Shown here: piece after piece, positions 60,118 through 64,000 of the stretch | Layout: the number at the start of each line of letters is the position of its first letter | How positions within the stretch are numbered: position 1 is the first letter of the stretch | From: Marsupella aquatica | Taxonomy: Eukaryota; Plantae; Marchantiophyta | Direction of reading: 5' to 3' | DNA length: 64,000 nucleotides | Assembly: GCA_973895155.1 (NCBI GenBank) | Contig: OZ316899.1 | Span: 2,873,455 to 2,937,454 of the forward strand | Program-made: the position numbers and the translations under genes | The notes under the pieces: model-generated | What the model saw: the letters and a program-made list of their open reading frames with translations, nothing else | Told to the model about the DNA's origin: nothing | Databases searched by the model: none

Positions 60118-61855
60118 TATTTAAAGAGGTGTCTATTATGTAGTTAACGTTCCAATGGTCAGTACTTTGTCATTTTCCAACGGCATTATCATATACAGAA
60201 GCTTATTGAGAATGAGTGTATTAGACAATGTTTGGTTTTGTAAAATAGGGTTGAGTCATTGATAGCGCCTGGCGCTAGTATTATTTACATATTTTGCTCA
60301 AAATCTGCCTTTTGAGGTTAGGGAGGTGCCCCGTTTGTTTTTAAATTGGTTTTGAACGTTTTTAAATGGTTCGAGAGACTTGGCACTCCACTTTTCATGG
60401 GATTTTTTGAATGTTTTTTTATTGGTGTTGCTCACAACAGTACGAAGGATGACAATTCCTTGAATGTTTTTCCTTATGTGAGTAAAAACATTGCTGATAA
60501 CAGTAAAACTCTCCTGATATGAGGAAAGTTTTTGCTCGTATCAGTAAAAAATCTCCTGTTTCCTAGCACGGTGTAAAGCCTCCATGTGTGTGCCGCATGC
60601 TTTAGGTTAGGGATTCCTTGAGTAGGGTTTTAGCGGCACCGCTAGGGTAACCGCCATTGTTGTGGCCCCGTGAGGGGTGTTTTGGTGTGTTTTTTCAGTA
60701 CTTAGGAAGGAGCCCCGTAGTGAATAGGGGGGAACTCAGTCTAGTGTTGATGAAACGTTAGCTCGTAGCGTAGAGAAAGAAGTAATCCAGAGTAGTGAGG
60801 TGAGAAGTAGTCATTGTCCTAGTAAGGCAGGAGACCGGGTTACTCATGCAATGTATTACTTATTAACCAAAAGATATGGATTGAGCTTGACTCTCCACAG
60901 TTCGTTATGTGTTATGATTTCGGTGCTTTCATAGTTGTGTTCTTCCTGTAGCCATTTTGGTGGGTTTTCGTGAGAGGACCCACCAAGTGAATTCTTGAAA
61001 GAAGTTTACAAGGTCTGGTCGGCCTTATGAGCCAAAGGAGTGGTGACAGCACTCCACTAGAGACCAAGAGGAAAGTGCAGTCCATGTGACTTGATCAAAA
61101 ATAGTGAAGGGTGAGAAAGTTGGCAGACTTGATCAAAAAATGCAATCTGGGAGCGAGAATGAATATACTCATTCCTAGTGTGATGAAGTCTAAACAACGT
61201 CCTTCCACGTCCCCTGATACGATTAAAACGGTATCTGTTGTGAAGAAGTGGAAATATAGGTAGTTACCATTTGATAAACAAACAACATAAGTGTGGTCTT
61301 GTTTTTGGCGCCGCTGCTTGGGAAACCTTCTTCTTCTTTTTTGGATTGCAAAAGGAGGGGAGCTACATCTATTTGGATTTCAGGCATATCAACCACAATG
61401 CAACTTGCGACGGTTGATACGTGAGAAGTTCTTTGGTTACTCTGTTATTGTACATCAACCACAATGCAACTTGCAACGGTTGATGTTTGAGAAGATTTTT
61501 TGGTGATATTTTTGTGTGAGCTTGGCATGCAGGTCTCAATGGGATGCCGAGGGGGAGAGGAAGTCCCCAACACATACGTATGCCAAGATCAGAGCTAGAC
61601 CAAGTGCCCTCTTGGATTGGTACTAGATGAAGAGTAGTTGCCAAAGAACGATTACAACTTTCTAAGGAGGGGAGGTTGCCACTAGAGTTGGAAGGACATC
61701 ATGGAATACAACAAGAAGCAGCTCAACATAACGAAGTCATACATCTAGACAAAGAAACGGAAGCAGACCAAGCGCTAGAGCGGAGGGAGCTCTTTGGGGT
61801 ATTGCAACGTGAGCTTCTATAGAGTCCAAGTCCAAAGCACATTGCAATACTACCA

Positions 61856-62889
61856 GTGGCACGGAGGAAAGCATTACCCCCAGTAGCACACATGGCTGTT
61901 GCTCAACGTACTCGTGTTCAGTACATACCCTTCAAGGGGAGACCAAAAGATGATCCAAACGAATGGGTCAAGGAGTTTGAAGGGATCACCAAAGCTAATG
62001 GGGAGTCTGCACACAAGCTCACTATCATTCCTAGAATGATGAGAGGAGAGGCAGGCACATGGTTCATTTCATTGCTACCCAATGTCAAAGCCAATTGGGC
62101 GTTATTCAAGCAAGCTTCTTGAAGGAGCTCAGATCCATTGGAGTGGAGGCCATGTCACTACTGAAGGTGGGCCAACTCAGGATGAAGAAGAAAGAGTCAT
62201 TACAGAGGTTTTTGCAAAGATTCCAGAAATTGGTACGACGGATACAAGCCCATACCGATAACACTATGCGTCAAGCGTGGTTTGTAGCAGCCCTACCAAG
62301 CAAGATGGGTTTCTTTGTACGTCAAGCCAAACCAACCACATTGGCTGAAGCCATTGCAGCAGTGGAGTCATACACTGTAACCAACGCCACAAGCAAGCGT
62401 TGCCAAAGAAAAAAGCTGAAGTTGGTTGATAGTTCCTCTAGTGATGAATTGAGTGGATCCGATTCACATAGTAGTGATGACTCTAAGGATTCTGAGAGCA
62501 CTACAAAGTTGGACACTATGGAGTTAGAAGCTGAAAAACAGAAGAAGAAGTAGTCCAAGAAGATCAAGAAGGCCTCTCATCGTGACGTAGTACTACCCAC
62601 AGTGGCCATTACTCCGTTGTCTATGGCAAGACATCTAAAGGAGCAAGAGGCCAAATACAATGAGTTGACAGAGCAAATGAAAGCGTTGAAAGTACATTTT
62701 GCCGGACTCAAGTCAGAGAGGAGAAAAGTTCCGGTGGAGAGAGCCAATGTGTGGTGTCCCAAGTGCATGAAGTTTTGTCATGCCCCAAAGGAGTGCCCAG
62801 TGGGAGAACCAGCCAAGGTTTTCCAAGTACGGGAGGAGGACGTTGAAGGGGAAAGCTACTCAACCCCTCCATATGCAGCGGTGTGGTAG
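61856..62889 (+). pseudogene. Retrotransposon gag with CCHC knuckle (frameshift ~62110, stop 62553)
   Basis: Retrotrans_gag-like helices and a CX2CX4HX4C motif at ~62755-62795. Confidence 0.75.
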
Positions 62890-63609
62890 AGTGGTCACAA
62901 TGTTAAATAACAATTTAATATCGGAGGACCCTAATTCGTTCCCTTGAAGAGCTAATGAGAAGTGAATTGGTATTGAAAAGAACAAATAGGATGTTAATTG
63001 GGCATAACCTTGCCAAGGAGTTCTCTCTCCAAAGGATTGATGGAAATCAATGCACAAAACTAACAATTAAAGAAATATATGGAAAATGACTAGTAAGAAT
63101 GTCTTTTCAATTGGCTTATGATAGAAGATGATGCAAAATGACGATCCTCCAGTAGATCAATAGGATCCTGGATTTTTTAAGATTCAAAATGCAGCAGAGC
63201 TCACAACATTAATTAGAAATTGACATGGGGATCTAGTTATCAAACTAAGAATTCTTTCTGGACAACAAGTGGTGACGGTACTAGAATGCTTCACACAAAA
63301 AGTTCTAGATTGTCAAATTGATAACTTCTCAATCAAATTTAGATGATTACTCATGGTAAGGAAGCATTCCATTTTGACTACTGAAACAACAAGAGTTCAA
63401 TGTTATCAAGAATTCACATGAGTAACTCAAATCAAAATTCAATTTCAAAGTATGATGTCAAATTTTCTAAGTATTAACTTCTCAACAGGAGAAGGAGTCT
63501 ACAGTTCTACTCACAGCAGGTCAAGGCTCAACAGGGGCACCTGAGGAGGAGCTTCTATGCTTCCAACAAAAACTGAGAACTGAAAAAGAAAGCTAACTGT
63601 CACCCTACT

Positions 63610-64000
63610 TGTCACGTCGTCAGCCTAGGCCTTAACCCGGGCTTCGGCTTAGACAGGCACATCCTTCGCAAATATGAGGGTCCAAGCAAGGAGGGAAGCA
63701 CAGAATGCACCTAACTCACGTGAACTAGCGCTAAGAGCATCTACTATTATTTACGAACACCTCCTAGGTATGGTTTGTGTTCCGCCGCCGGAACGTACCT
63801 TAGTCAATAGCGAGATCGACCCCGGCTTACGGGATTTTAAGCCTTCATGCTATCCGCCTTTGATCCAGATTTGATGAAATGGTTACTCAACCCGTGCTCG
63901 CAACCACTTACCCGCAAGCTGCACCCAGTGCACGGCTCGGGTAGTGCTTTTGGCCAAGCGTTGGCACCCATACACAAGATACACACATATGCACACGCAC
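63610..64000. mobile_element. Terminus of an LTR-like element related to 1-1103, in inverted orientation
   Basis: Starts TGTCACGTCGTCAGCCTAGG. About 250 bp match the reverse complement of 860-1103, then the two diverge. Confidence 0.65.

Larger units (their letters stand above)
49479..60277. repeat. Dispersed 15-bp palindrome TAGCGCC-N-GGCGCTA, 21 copies
   Basis: Copies start at 49479, 49537, 49978, 50843, 50923, 52184, 52223, 52260, 53045, 54485, 55703, 55806, 55869, 55982, 56055, 56118, 56233, 58427, 58496, 58565 and 60263 (0-2 mismatches each). None seen outside the TIRs. Confidence 0.92.
49251..60573. mobile_element. 11.3-kb TIR-bounded Mutator-like DNA transposon carrying a DNA methyltransferase gene
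   Basis: 20-bp TIRs CACCGTGCCAGGAAACAGGA (49251-49270) and TCCTGTTTCCTAGCACGGTG (60554-60573), 19/20 match. Two divergent multi-exon genes. 21 internal palindromes. No TSD visible. Confidence 0.85.
49211..62889 (+). mobile_element. Athila-like gypsy 5' region: LTR (49211-49250 plus 60574-~61300, split by the DNA transposon), PBS and gag
   Basis: TGTTAGG start. PBS TGGCGCCGCTGCTTGGGA at 61306 resembles the tRNA-Asp-type PBS of Athila. Gag has PFKGRPKDDPNEWVKEFE and the knuckle CPKCMKFCHAPKEC. LTR boundaries are approximate. Confidence 0.65.

Noticed and set aside
1-64000. tRNA or rRNA genes, and most short ORFs in the six-frame track
   Set aside because: No cloverleaf or rRNA signature was noticed. 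Most short ORFs are antisense or off-frame shadows of TE and CBP60 coding sequence.

Overview
Repeat-rich land-plant genomic DNA; a non-seed plant (bryophyte, lycophyte or fern) is inferred from the CBP60 and TE family styles but not proven. There is one intact host gene: an 8-exon calmodulin-binding CBP60 on the minus strand (36623-41017, about 668 aa). The rest is nested transposons. (1) A decayed Ty3/gypsy element (1104-~18500) carries a C5-cytosine DNA methyltransferase domain between protease and RT, and a PHD finger after integrase. (2) A second gypsy (5698-17443) is inserted in its integrase; it has gag-PR-IN but no RT/RNase H, and itself holds a 5'-truncated LINE and a 3.1-kb insertion. 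(3) A near-full-length LINE (~19190-32350) is interrupted by a young Bianca-type Ty1/copia (23908-29818). (4) A non-autonomous Helitron lies upstream of CBP60, followed by an RLE-type non-LTR fragment, an Athila-like LTR/PBS/gag and LTR-like termini at both window edges. The most striking element is an 11.3-kb TIR-bounded DNA transposon (49251-60573). It encodes, head-to-head, a Mutator-like DDE/SWIM transposase with a GCM-like N-terminus and an intron-containing ParB-like + beta-class amino (N6A/N4C) DNA methyltransferase. It also carries 21 copies of the palindrome TAGCGCC-N-GGCGCTA, almost all in non-coding DNA. All domain calls come from hand translation and motif recognition; no database searches were run.
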